Origin: Tomitella fengzijianii
Lineage (GTDB): Bacteria > Actinomycetota > Actinomycetes > Mycobacteriales > Mycobacteriaceae
Assembly (NCBI RefSeq): GCF_007559025.1
Contig: NZ_CP041765.1
Span: 212,679 to 244,678, forward strand
Direction of reading: 5' to 3'
Length of the DNA: 32,000 nucleotides
Shown here: one piece after another, positions 8,800-16,130 of the stretch
How positions within the stretch are numbered: position 1 is the stretch's first letter
Layout of the letters: each line of letters starts with the position of its first letter
Position numbers and translations under genes: made by a program
The notes under the pieces: generated by a model
What the model saw: only the letters and a program-made list of their open reading frames with translations
What the model was told of the DNA's origin: nothing
Database searches by the model: none

Positions 8800-10356
8800 T
8801 CACGTGTCCGGCAGCAGCTCGCGCGCACGCAGCGCCAGCCACAGCTCGGCGCGCGCGTGCGCGGACTCGAGGTCGACGTCCAGGATCTCGGCGATCCGGT
8901 TGATGCGGTTGCGCAGGGTGTGCCGGTGCACTCCCAGGGCGGACGCGGCCGGCTCCCACTGGCCGTTGCTCCGCAGGTACGCGTCGAGCGACGCCGCCAG
9001 GTCGCCGCGCCCGTCGCGGTCGTGCTCGTCGAGCGGGCCCAACACGTCGGCGGCCGCCGCGCGCAGCACGTCGTTCGGCTGCGCGCTGATGAGCAGGGTG
9101 AACGCCCCGAGCGCGGCGAAGTGCACCGGCCGGTGCCCGCGGTTGCCGCTGACGCGGGCGGCCGCCGCGGCCTGACGCAGGGCTGCGCGCGCCTGCGCCG
9201 GCGGGGCCGGCGCGCTGATTCCCGCGCCGATCGGGCGCCCCAGCCGGGTCTGCAGGTGGCGTTGGAGGCGCGCCGGCAGCCCGTCCGTGAGGTCGGCGTC
9301 CGCCGGGTCCGCCCCGGTGATGACGACGAGATCGCCGGTCCGGTCGGGCCGCTCCGTGACGAGATGGCCCGATTCGGCCTCGTGCAACACGTCGGAGACC
9401 TGCGCGAGCGCGGGGACCAGTTCGCCGGTGCCGGTGAGGACCACGACGGTCACGTCACGGTCAGGGTCCACCCCGAAGTAGCGGATGAGCGCGGGGTCGA
9501 CGTCGCTGCCTGCATCGAGGACCATCCGGGCCGTCGCTCCACGCAGCCGTTCCTCCGCGTCACGCAGGTGCAGGGGCTTGGCCAGTTCCAGGGCGATCAG
9601 CGACGCCGCATGCCCGAGCAACAACCGGGCCTGCTGGTCCAGCGGGCGGCGGGACAGGGCGGCCAGCCGCCCCAGTCGGTCGCCGGCGACGCTCAAGCGC
9701 TGGATCGTGACGTGCCCGTCGTCGTCGGCGAACGCGCCGTCGCCGGGCGCGCGCCGTGACCGCGCACCCGACTCGCGTGCCGCCAGCTTCTGCGCGAGCA
9801 GCGCGTGCCGCGGACCGCCCGCCGCGAGCACCCCGCCGGTGCGCCCGATCGCGCACACGGACGCGCCGATCCGGCGGGCCAGGCTCTCCACCAGGCCGGG
9901 TATGCCGCCGCGGAGCGCCTCCCGGGCCAGGCGACCCTGCGCGTCGACCACCGACTGGACTGTCCGCACCTGATCCGCAGTGATCTCGTCGACGACAACC
10001 CGGGAGATGGCGATGAACGGGGTTTCGGGCGCCACCCGCACCAACGGAAGACCCAGCTCCTCGGCCGCCCGGCGCACGGCGCCGGGCACCTCCGGGTACC
10101 GCATGGCGGTGTCGAAGGCCAGCGCCGCGCATCCTGCGCGGGCGATCCCGCGCACGTAGCGGTACTGCACGTCGGGGTCGTCGTCCAAATGGGAGCCGGT
10201 GGTCATGACCAGCTCTCCGCCGGACAGCCACGGCGTGGGGTCGGGGAGGTCGATCGCGTGCGCCCAGCCGATGACCCTGTCGGCCGACTCCGCGCCCGCG
10301 ATCAGCTGCAGGCCCAGCCCCTCCTGCGCCACGAGCCGGCGGACCGTCATCGCCAT
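8800..10356 (-). CDS. PucR-family transcriptional regulator (GabR-like by context)
   Basis: The C-terminal PucR HTH reads ALGVHRHTLRNRINRIAEILDVDLESAHARAELWLALRA. The N-terminus resembles the purine-catabolism-regulator-like domain (MAMTVRRLVAQEGLGLQLIAG). The start was trimmed to ATG 10356; the upstream part of the track ORF is Arg/Pro-rich and overlaps the permease promoter region. Confidence 0.85.
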   Translation of the reverse strand: MAMTVRRLVAQEGLGLQLIAGAESADRVIGWAHAIDLPDPTPWLSGGELVMTTGSHLDDDPDVQYRYVRGIARAGCAALAFDTAMRYPEVPGAVRRAAEELGLPLVRVAPETPFIAISRVVVDEITADQVRTVQSVVDAQGRLAREALRGGIPGLVESLARRIGASVCAIGRTGGVLAAGGPRHALLAQKLAARESGARSRRAPGDGAFADDDGHVTIQRLSVAGDRLGRLAALSRRPLDQQARLLLGHAASLIALELAKPLHLRDAEERLRGATARMVLDAGSDVDPALIRYFGVDPDRDVTVVVLTGTGELVPALAQVSDVLHEAESGHLVTERPDRTGDLVVITGADPADADLTDGLPARLQRHLQTRLGRPIGAGISAPAPPAQARAALRQAAAAARVSGNRGHRPVHFAALGAFTLLISAQPNDVLRAAAADVLGPLDEHDRDGRGDLAASLDAYLRSNGQWEPAASALGVHRHTLRNRINRIAEILDVDLESAHARAELWLALRARELLPDT

Positions 10357-10474
10357 GGCGCGGCCCCGCCTTCGCCGCCGCGTACAGCGCCGGCCGGGAA
10401 ATTGTCCAGAACGGACATGGGGTGCATCACAGTATGATCGTAACGTCGCCTCAGTCACCGATCGAGGAGGCGAA

Positions 10475-11965
10475 ATGCCTGGAGAACACGACCAGTTGCA
10501 GGCCGGCCTGAAAAAGCGGCACCTGACGATGCTCTCGTTGGGCGGGGTGATCGGCGCCGGCTTCTTCGTCGGGATCAGTGCCATCATCAATCAGGCGGGC
10601 CCGGCCGCTGCGCTCACCTGCGCGATCACCGGCGTCATCGTGTTCGTCGTCATGCGGATGCTCGGGGAGATGGCGGTGGCCAAGCCGTGCACCGGCTCGT
10701 TCACCGAATACGCACGCATGGCCTTCGGCCCGTGGGCGGGCTTCGCCACCGGGTGGCTGTACTGGTACTTCTGGGTGATGGTCGTCGGGATCGAGGCGGT
10801 CATCGGCGGCTCGCTCCTGGCCCGCTGGTTCCCCGACGTGCCGATGTGGATCATGTCCGCGGGGCTCCTGCTGATCATGACCCTGGTCAACCTGGCCTCG
10901 GTCGGCAACTTCGGCGAGGCGGAGTACTGGTTCGCCGGCATCAAGGTGACGGTGATCCTCGCGTTCATCGTCGTCGCCTCGCTGTTCGTGTTCGGCCTGT
11001 GGCCGGGGACGCACGCCGACTTCTCCAACCTCATCGACCACGGCGGCTTCATGCCCAACGGTTTCGGGCCGGTGCTCGTCGGCGTCGTCGCCGTGATCTT
11101 CTCCATGACCGGCGCCGAGCTCGTGACGATCGCGGCCGCCGAGTCGCCGGAGCCCGGCGAGTCGATCCGGCGCGCGACGAACACCGTGGTGTTCCGGGTC
11201 CTCGCGTTCTTCGTCATCTCCACCCTGCTGCTGGTGACGATGGTGCCGTGGGACGCGTTCACGGTGGGGGAGTCGCCGTTCATCGATGCGCTGTCGCGTC
11301 TGGGCGTGGGCGCCGGCGCCGACATCCTCAACCTCGTCGTGCTGGTGGCGGTGCTGTCGTGCCTCAACTCGGGTCTCTACACCGCCTCACGCATGCTCTT
11401 CACGCTGTCGCGCCACCAGAACGCGCCCGGCTGGATGGTGCGCACCAACAGCCGCGGCGTGCCGGTCAAGGGCGTCCTCGCGTGCACTGTCATCGGCTAC
11501 GGCTGCATCGCCGCCGGTTACATCTGGCCGGACACGATCTTCATGTTCCTGGTGAACTCGTCGGGTGCCGTGTGTCTGTTCGTGTACGTGTTCATCTGCG
11601 CCTCCGAGATCCGGCTGCGCCGGCGGTGGGAGCGGACCTCGCCGGAGATCCTCGAGTTCCGGGTCTGGCTGTTCCCTGTGGTGCCGATCCTGGTGACGCT
11701 GGTGATCCTGTCGGTGCTGGTCGGCATGGCGTTCGTGTCCGACATGCGCGCGCAATTGATGCAGAGCCTCATCGCGTTCGCCGTGATCCTCGGCGCGTAC
11801 CTGGTCAAGCGGACGCTGGGGCGCAGGCGGGGCAGGACCGCCGAGGCGGGCGACGCGTCGCCGGTCGAGCAATCGAGGCCGGTGGAACCCGGCTCGGTCG
11901 CCGAGGCGGATTCGGCTGAACAGCCGGAGTCTTCCGGCACGGCGGCGGTGACCGCCGCGCGGTAG
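10475..11965 (+). CDS. APC-superfamily amino-acid permease (GabP-like by context)
   Basis: About 12 hydrophobic segments; N-terminal LKKRHLTMLSLGGVIGAGFFVG is the signature of AAT-family permeases. ATG 10475 is preceded by RBS GAGGAGG (10464-10470). It is divergent from the PucR gene. Confidence 0.9.
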   Translation: MPGEHDQLQAGLKKRHLTMLSLGGVIGAGFFVGISAIINQAGPAAALTCAITGVIVFVVMRMLGEMAVAKPCTGSFTEYARMAFGPWAGFATGWLYWYFWVMVVGIEAVIGGSLLARWFPDVPMWIMSAGLLLIMTLVNLASVGNFGEAEYWFAGIKVTVILAFIVVASLFVFGLWPGTHADFSNLIDHGGFMPNGFGPVLVGVVAVIFSMTGAELVTIAAAESPEPGESIRRATNTVVFRVLAFFVISTLLLVTMVPWDAFTVGESPFIDALSRLGVGAGADILNLVVLVAVLSCLNSGLYTASRMLFTLSRHQNAPGWMVRTNSRGVPVKGVLACTVIGYGCIAAGYIWPDTIFMFLVNSSGAVCLFVYVFICASEIRLRRRWERTSPEILEFRVWLFPVVPILVTLVILSVLVGMAFVSDMRAQLMQSLIAFAVILGAYLVKRTLGRRRGRTAEAGDASPVEQSRPVEPGSVAEADSAEQPESSGTAAVTAAR

Positions 11966-11992
11966 CGCGTGCCGCCGTGCCGTCTTGGCGGT

Positions 11993-12853
11993 TCATTGCC
12001 GGGCCCGCGCGAGGATTTCCGTCGCCAGCCGCGCCGGCGCCTCCTCGGGAATCCAGTGGCCGATGCCCTCCAGCGGCACGAACAGGTAGTCGGCGGTCAC
12101 GTACTCGCCGCACGCCTCCGCGCCCGTGCGCCCCAGCGCCACATCGTCGGTGCCCCACACGTACGTGGTGGGCACGTCGACCGGCGGCAGCTGCGACATC
12201 TCCGGGGTCATGGCGCGGTACCAGTTCAGGGCGGCGACGATGCCCTCGGGCGTGCCGAGCCGGCGCAGGTGCGCGTCGATCAGGTCGCGGGGTACCGCGT
12301 CGCCGAACACGTCGCGGAAGCGCCGGGCGTCGTCGGCCAGCAGCGCCTCCTCCGCCCGGCCTTCTTCCCGGAACACCTGCATGTATTGCGACTTGCGGCG
12401 CTGGTCCGGGTCGTTCTTCAGCGCGCTGCGGAACGCCGCAAGGTGCGGGACCGAGACGGCGATGAGCGTGGCGACCCGCCCGGGGTGCCGCGCAGCGAGG
12501 GTCCACGCCACCGAGGCGCCCCAGTCGTGCCCGACGACGTGCGCGCGGCCGGCCCCGAGGCGGTCGAGGATCCCCAGCGCGTCGGCGACGAGGCGGTCGA
12601 TGCGGTAGTCCTCCACCGAAGAGGGGCGCGCGCCGGGGGAGTACCCGCGCTGGTCCGGTGCGATGACGCGCAGTCCCGCGGCGGTGAGAAGGGGTGCGAC
12701 CGCCCGCCACTCGTCGTACGACTCCGGGAACCCGTGCAGCAGCAGCACCGGCTCGCCGTCCTCGGGCCCGGCCACGGCGACGTCGAAGGTGTGCTCGCCG
12801 ACGGGGATCCGCCGGATGTCGGTGAACGGGGCGGGGGTGTGCGTGTCAGTCAT
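11993..12853 (-). CDS. alpha/beta hydrolase (epoxide-hydrolase/dehalogenase-like, Asp nucleophile)
   Basis: Motifs HGFPES and the nucleophile elbow GHDWG, plus a C-terminal GIGHW His motif. The start was trimmed to ATG 12853 (MTDTHTPAPF). This is the intact copy of the gene whose 5' part is duplicated at 15015-15386. Confidence 0.85.
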   Translation of the reverse strand: MTDTHTPAPFTDIRRIPVGEHTFDVAVAGPEDGEPVLLLHGFPESYDEWRAVAPLLTAAGLRVIAPDQRGYSPGARPSSVEDYRIDRLVADALGILDRLGAGRAHVVGHDWGASVAWTLAARHPGRVATLIAVSVPHLAAFRSALKNDPDQRRKSQYMQVFREEGRAEEALLADDARRFRDVFGDAVPRDLIDAHLRRLGTPEGIVAALNWYRAMTPEMSQLPPVDVPTTYVWGTDDVALGRTGAEACGEYVTADYLFVPLEGIGHWIPEEAPARLATEILARARQ

Positions 12854-12871
12854 GCCCGGGATTGTGCCTGC
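12482..12871. repeat. direct repeat R1a (hydrolase 5' coding region plus 18 bp upstream)
   Basis: Ungapped hand alignment with 15015-15404 at constant offset 2533. I counted about 31 mismatches in 390 positions. Confidence 0.9.
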
Positions 12872-12902
12872 AGCCCGGCGGCCCCGCCCCATGTTTCGTG
12901 CG

Positions 12903-13244
12903 TCAGCCGATCCACGCGTCGTCGAAGAGCATGATCTCGTCGAAGGTGACCTTGACGCCGTGGACGTCGCTGCGCCACACGTCGAGGTTCGGGGACGCCC
13001 CCCAAGGCTGCCACGGCAGTGTCTCGTTCATCCGCTGCTGGATCCGGGTGAGCACGTCTTTCTTGGCGGCGTCGTCGGCGGCGGCGCCGTCCGCCCGGAT
13101 GCCTGCCCGTGGTGTCTCCCGGCCGGAGAACGCATGCTTGAGGCGGCGCCACAGGTAGACGACTCGCCTGCCTCTGCCGAGAGCGGCACGTACGGTCGAA
13201 CGGGTACGGGCGGGTGCCGGTCGTGCCGGCGCAAGATATGCCAT
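12903..13244 (-). CDS. small chimeric ORF: 54-aa Arg-rich N-terminal module shared with the vanY-like gene, fused to an unrelated 59-aa C-terminus
   Basis: 113 codons, MAYLAPARPAPARTRS...ADGA then AADDAAKKDVLTRIQQRMNETLPWQPWGASPNLDVWRSDVHGVKVTFDEIMLFDDAWIG. The C-terminal part has host-like high GC3. The N-terminal 185 bp is 183/185 identical to 15902-16086. No recognised family; expression is uncertain. Confidence 0.4.
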   Translation of the reverse strand: MAYLAPARPAPARTRSTVRAALGRGRRVVYLWRRLKHAFSGRETPRAGIRADGAAADDAAKKDVLTRIQQRMNETLPWQPWGASPNLDVWRSDVHGVKVTFDEIMLFDDAWIG

Positions 13245-13266
13245 GCCGCCACTCAAGGCGAAGTGG
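13082..13266. repeat. direct repeat R2a (185-bp 5' module)
   Basis: Line-by-line comparison with 15902-16086 at offset 2820 shows only two differences (13137 c/t, 13164 t/g). Both fall on third codon positions and are synonymous in the MAYLAP frame. Confidence 0.95.
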
Positions 13267-13287
13267 TTCCAGAGCCACTGCCACGCG

Positions 13288-13306
13288 CTGTAGTAATCCG
13301 CTACAG
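13288..13306. promoter_or_regulatory. inverted repeat CTGTAG-n7-CTACAG, candidate antitoxin operator overlapping a TANNNT -10 (TACAGT, 13302-13307)
   Basis: Perfect 6-bp arms seen directly. It ends 7 nt before the antitoxin ATG, so the -10 position would give a leaderless or near-leaderless transcript. Any function is inferred. Confidence 0.4.
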
Positions 13307-13313
13307 TAGGGGT

Positions 13314-13670
13314 ATGAAGACGATGCCGACTCGCATTGACGATGCGCTGTTCACTGCGGCGAAACAGGCCGGCCAGCTGCACAGCCGCAGCGCCGCCCAG
13401 CAGATCACCCACTGGGCGTACCTCGGCCGCGCGCTGGAAGTAGAGGGATCGACGAGTACCCGCACGATCGAGCAAGTCCTCACTGGCGAGAAGTCCTACG
13501 ACGACCTCGACCCCCCGAGCCAGGCGGCGGTGCGCGCCGTGTGGGATGAGCGGATCACCGATCGCATCGCTCGCCTCAACCTGGCGGACGAGTTCACCGC
13601 ACACGGCGAAACCTGGTCCGAGGCCGACGCTGACGGCACTGTCGTCGAGCGCACCACCAGCAGCACGTGA
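13314..13670 (+). CDS. ParD-like type II antitoxin
   Basis: 118 aa, MKTMPTRIDDALFTAAKQAGQLHSRSAAQQITHWAYLGRALE...SYDDL...VRAVWDE. This matches the ParD-like antitoxin family pattern I recall (RHH-like N-terminus). Its stop overlaps the next gene's start (GTGA). Confidence 0.7.
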   Translation: MKTMPTRIDDALFTAAKQAGQLHSRSAAQQITHWAYLGRALEVEGSTSTRTIEQVLTGEKSYDDLDPPSQAAVRAVWDERITDRIARLNLADEFTAHGETWSEADADGTVVERTTSST

Positions 13671-14236
13671 GCACCCCCGTCCTGCATCTGCTGGCAGGAC
13701 CGAACGGGGCGGGAAAGTCGACGTTCGTCGAGCGTGTGCTGCAGCTTGCGACGCACCTGCCGTTCATCAACGCCGATCACATTGCTGCAGCCCGCTGGCC
13801 CGGCGACGAGGAAGCGCACGCATACGACGCATCGCAGGCGGCTGCCACAGAACGCGCCGCACTGCTCGCCGCACGGCAGTCGTTCATCAGCGAGACGGTG
13901 TTCAGCCACGACAGCAAGGTTGCCCTCGTCGAGAACGCCACGGCCCACGGCTATGTGGTGGACCTGCACGTGATCGTCGTCCCCGTCGAGCTCACGGTTG
14001 CGCGTGTCGCCGAGCGGGTTCGCCGCGGCGGGCATTCCGTGCCCGACCGGAAGATTCGGGAACGCTACCAGCGGTTGTGGCCGTTGGTCGCTGCCGCCCG
14101 GACGACGGCTGAGCGCACCACGCTGTACGACAACAGCACGGCGCACGACCCGTTTCGCGTGTTCGCCACCTACCGCTGCGGCGAGCTTGATGGGAGCGGG
14201 GTGTGGCCGGCGTGGGCGCCCCCCGAGCTGCGGTGA
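13667..14236 (+). CDS. zeta-toxin-family P-loop kinase (COG4185-like), putative toxin
   Basis: 189 aa with Walker A GPNGAGKST, the INADHIA Asp segment, SETVFSH, and the highly typical RVRRGGHSVPDRKIRERYQRLW block. It shares a 4-nt overlap with the antitoxin gene. Confidence 0.75.
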   Translation: MSTPVLHLLAGPNGAGKSTFVERVLQLATHLPFINADHIAAARWPGDEEAHAYDASQAAATERAALLAARQSFISETVFSHDSKVALVENATAHGYVVDLHVIVVPVELTVARVAERVRRGGHSVPDRKIRERYQRLWPLVAAARTTAERTTLYDNSTAHDPFRVFATYRCGELDGSGVWPAWAPPELR

Positions 14237-14344
14237 GTACCACTGTGCCAGGCGCGGGACACACTGCCCGGGGTGATGGCGCTCGTTGATTCTCCCCAGT
14301 AACGCTCACTGAAATTCCCCACCGGTGTGGCTCCGCCAACGAGG

Positions 14345-14405
14345 GCGGGTCTCCCCGGATGCTGGTGGTCTCTGACCACGCACCAGTACTCCGAAGGAGA
14401 CCCGC
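14345..14405. other. nested hairpin (10-bp outer stem GCGGGTCTCC/GGAGACCCGC enclosing GTGGTC-tct-GACCAC)
   Basis: Outer arms lie at 14345-14354 and 14396-14405; the inner hairpin is 14365-14370/14374-14379. It is about 110 nt downstream of the toxin stop. It could be an intrinsic terminator or a structured RNA or site; there is no U-tract. Confidence 0.3.
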
Positions 14406-14710
14406 TTTCTCATGCTGGAATGGGAGGAAGACGGGGATGCACACGCACTACGCAATCGTGGCTGGACGATCTCCGCGATCGCCCCCGGTGGCGGCGGCGG
14501 TTCGTCGCTCGTGCCCTCCGGCGGCACCGGCCCCACCGTGAGCGATGCGGCCCCGTCGGTGACGATCGCCTATTCCACTGCACCCGAGCCCGGGTGCACG
14601 GGTTCGCTGTGCAGCCTCTTCGGCAGCCTCACCAGATCCCGCTCTGGTGCCGGAAGCTGATCAGCCGCAGGTGAGTCCGGCGGGCGCGACCGGCGTGTGC
14701 GCCCGCCCCA

Positions 14711-15015
14711 GCCTCACTCCTCGACCAGCGCGAACACCCGCGCCGGGCTGCCGGTGCCGCCGACGATGGGCAGGGGCGCCACCACGAGCACCGCGCCGGA
14801 GGCGGGCAGCTGCGCCAGGTTCTGCAGCGAGGTGACCCCGTACTTGTCGTGCCCCAGCAGGTGGTGGTGGGCGGGGAACGGCGGCTGGAATTCGGCCGCT
14901 CCGTCGCCAGCCACTCGGCCGCTTCGGCGGTGAGTCCGGGTGTGTGCGAGCCGTTCTCGTCGGCGTTGAGGAACGCCTCCTGATCGTCCGAGTACTTCCC
15001 CCACCCGGTGCGGAG
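14711..15015. repeat. direct repeat R3a (cyclase 3' fragment)
   Basis: Aligns with 20820-21176 at offset 6109, then 6161 after a 52-bp deletion at 14894/14895. About 8 substitutions by hand count. Confidence 0.9.
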
Positions 15016-15386
15016 GGGTGTCGCGCGGCGAGGGTCCAGGCCACGGACGCGCCCCAGTCGTGCCCGACAACGTGCGCGCGCCCGGCCCCGAAGTGGTCGA
15101 GGATCCCCGCGGCGTCGGCCACGAGTCGGTCGATGCGGTAGTCCTCCACCGCTGGAGGGCGCGCGCCGGGGGAGTACCCGCGCTGGTCGGGCGCGATGAC
15201 GCGCAGCCCCGCGGCCGCGAGCAGAGGTGCCACCGCCCGCCACTCGTCGTACGACTCCGGGAACCCGTGCAGCAGCAGCACCGTCTCGCCGTCCTCGGGG
15301 CCGGCCACGGCGACGTCGAAGGCGTGCTCGCCGACGGGGATCCGGCGGATGTCGGTGAACGGGGCGGGGGTGTGCGTGTAACTTAT
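14714..15386 (-). pseudogene. chimeric pseudogene: alpha/beta-hydrolase N-terminal 124 codons fused out of frame to the cyclase C-terminal fragment
   Basis: The hydrolase-derived part (15015-15386) has its start codon changed from ATG to ATA (plus-strand tat at 15384-15386 versus cat at 12851-12853). The junction falls after the ...AARHP codons at 15015. The cyclase-derived part (14714-15014) is out of frame and carries a 52-bp deletion. Confidence 0.9.
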
Positions 15387-15404
15387 GCCCGGGATTGTGC
15401 CTGC
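15015..15404. repeat. direct repeat R1b (hydrolase 5' fragment)
   Basis: Partner of 12482-12871; see R1a. Confidence 0.9.
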
Positions 15405-15467
15405 GCTGGTCCGGCGGCGCGTGTGATCCGGGCGGATCCTCGGCCGGGCGCGTGCCGTGAGCGCCGG

Positions 15468-16064
15468 TCAATGCTGCATTCTCGGGTCGTGCGTGGGGTC
15501 GGCGTACATCGGAGGACGACCGTGGACGATGGCCTCCGGGCGCAGTTCGTAGTGCCAGGGCTCATTGGCGTAGACCTGGCACAGCCCGTACCTGGCGCCG
15601 TGTTCGGACAACCACGCCGTGGCTTCGGCGGGCCCGAGGTCGACGGCGTCCCCCGATACGTGTGCAGACGTTCCGGGGGTGGCCACCAGCCGGGCGGCCT
15701 TCCGTTCCGAGCCGTGCGTCCAGACCGCCTCGAGAAGCAGCCGCTCCTGGTATTGCGGGGAACGCCAGCCGCTGTTGACGACGAACCCGACCCCATCGAC
15801 CGCGGCATCGGAGGCGGCATCGCGGAGGGCGCCGAGAAGAGCAGCATCCAGGTTGGTCACGGCCGGAAACCCGTCGTCGAAGACCGTCACGTTCGCGGGG
15901 ACGGCGCCGTCCGCCCGGATGCCTGCCCGTGGTGTCTCCCGGCCGGAGAACGCATGTTTGAGGCGGCGCCACAGGTAGACGACGCGCCTGCCTCTGCCGA
16001 GAGCGGCACGTACGGTCGAACGGGTACGGGCGGGTGCCGGTCGTGCCGGCGCAAGATATGCCAT
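15468..16064 (-). CDS. vanY: VanY-like M15B D-Ala-D-Ala carboxypeptidase (no hydrophobic anchor)
   Basis: 198 aa. The catalytic domain carries VNSGWRSPQYQ, the zinc-site motif TSAHVSGDAVD, and NEPWHYE. The start is ATG 16064; the rest of the track ORF (to 16514) is antisense to vanR. The N-terminal 54 aa is the shared R2 module. Confidence 0.8.
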   Translation of the reverse strand: MAYLAPARPAPARTRSTVRAALGRGRRVVYLWRRLKHAFSGRETPRAGIRADGAVPANVTVFDDGFPAVTNLDAALLGALRDAASDAAVDGVGFVVNSGWRSPQYQERLLLEAVWTHGSERKAARLVATPGTSAHVSGDAVDLGPAEATAWLSEHGARYGLCQVYANEPWHYELRPEAIVHGRPPMYADPTHDPRMQH

Positions 16065-16086
16065 GCCGCCACTCAAGGCGAAGTGG
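15902..16086. repeat. direct repeat R2b (185-bp 5' module)
   Basis: Partner of 13082-13266 (183/185 identical). Confidence 0.95.
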
Positions 16087-16087
16087 C

Positions 16088-16130
16088 GTTGCCAGCCCGT
16101 ATTCGCTTTTCGATATGTCGGCGATATCCA
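16088..16130. promoter_or_regulatory. conserved van promoter element, copy B (vanY/vanR divergent region), with direct repeat CGATAT-n5-CGATAT
   Basis: GTTGCCAGCCCGTATTCGCTTTTCGATATGTCGGCGATATCCA aligns ungapped with 20710-20752. The hexamers at 16111-16116 and 16122-16127 are 11 bp apart. A TANNNT motif (TACCCT, 16139-16144) sits 7 nt before the vanR ATG. Confidence 0.5.

Noticed and set aside
10402-10438. Possible permease promoter (TATGAT at 10433-10438 with TTGTCC at 10402-10407)
   Set aside because: The hexamer spacing is about 25 bp, too long for a sigma-70-type promoter. The -10-like hexamer alone is insufficient evidence.
14629-15471. ORFs 14629-15471 (-) and 14661-15308 (-) as intact genes
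   Set aside because: They are read-through frames across the hydrolase/cyclase junction. The hydrolase-like part is truncated after 124 codons and has lost its ATG. The remainder is out-of-frame cyclase sequence translating to Arg/Pro-rich junk.
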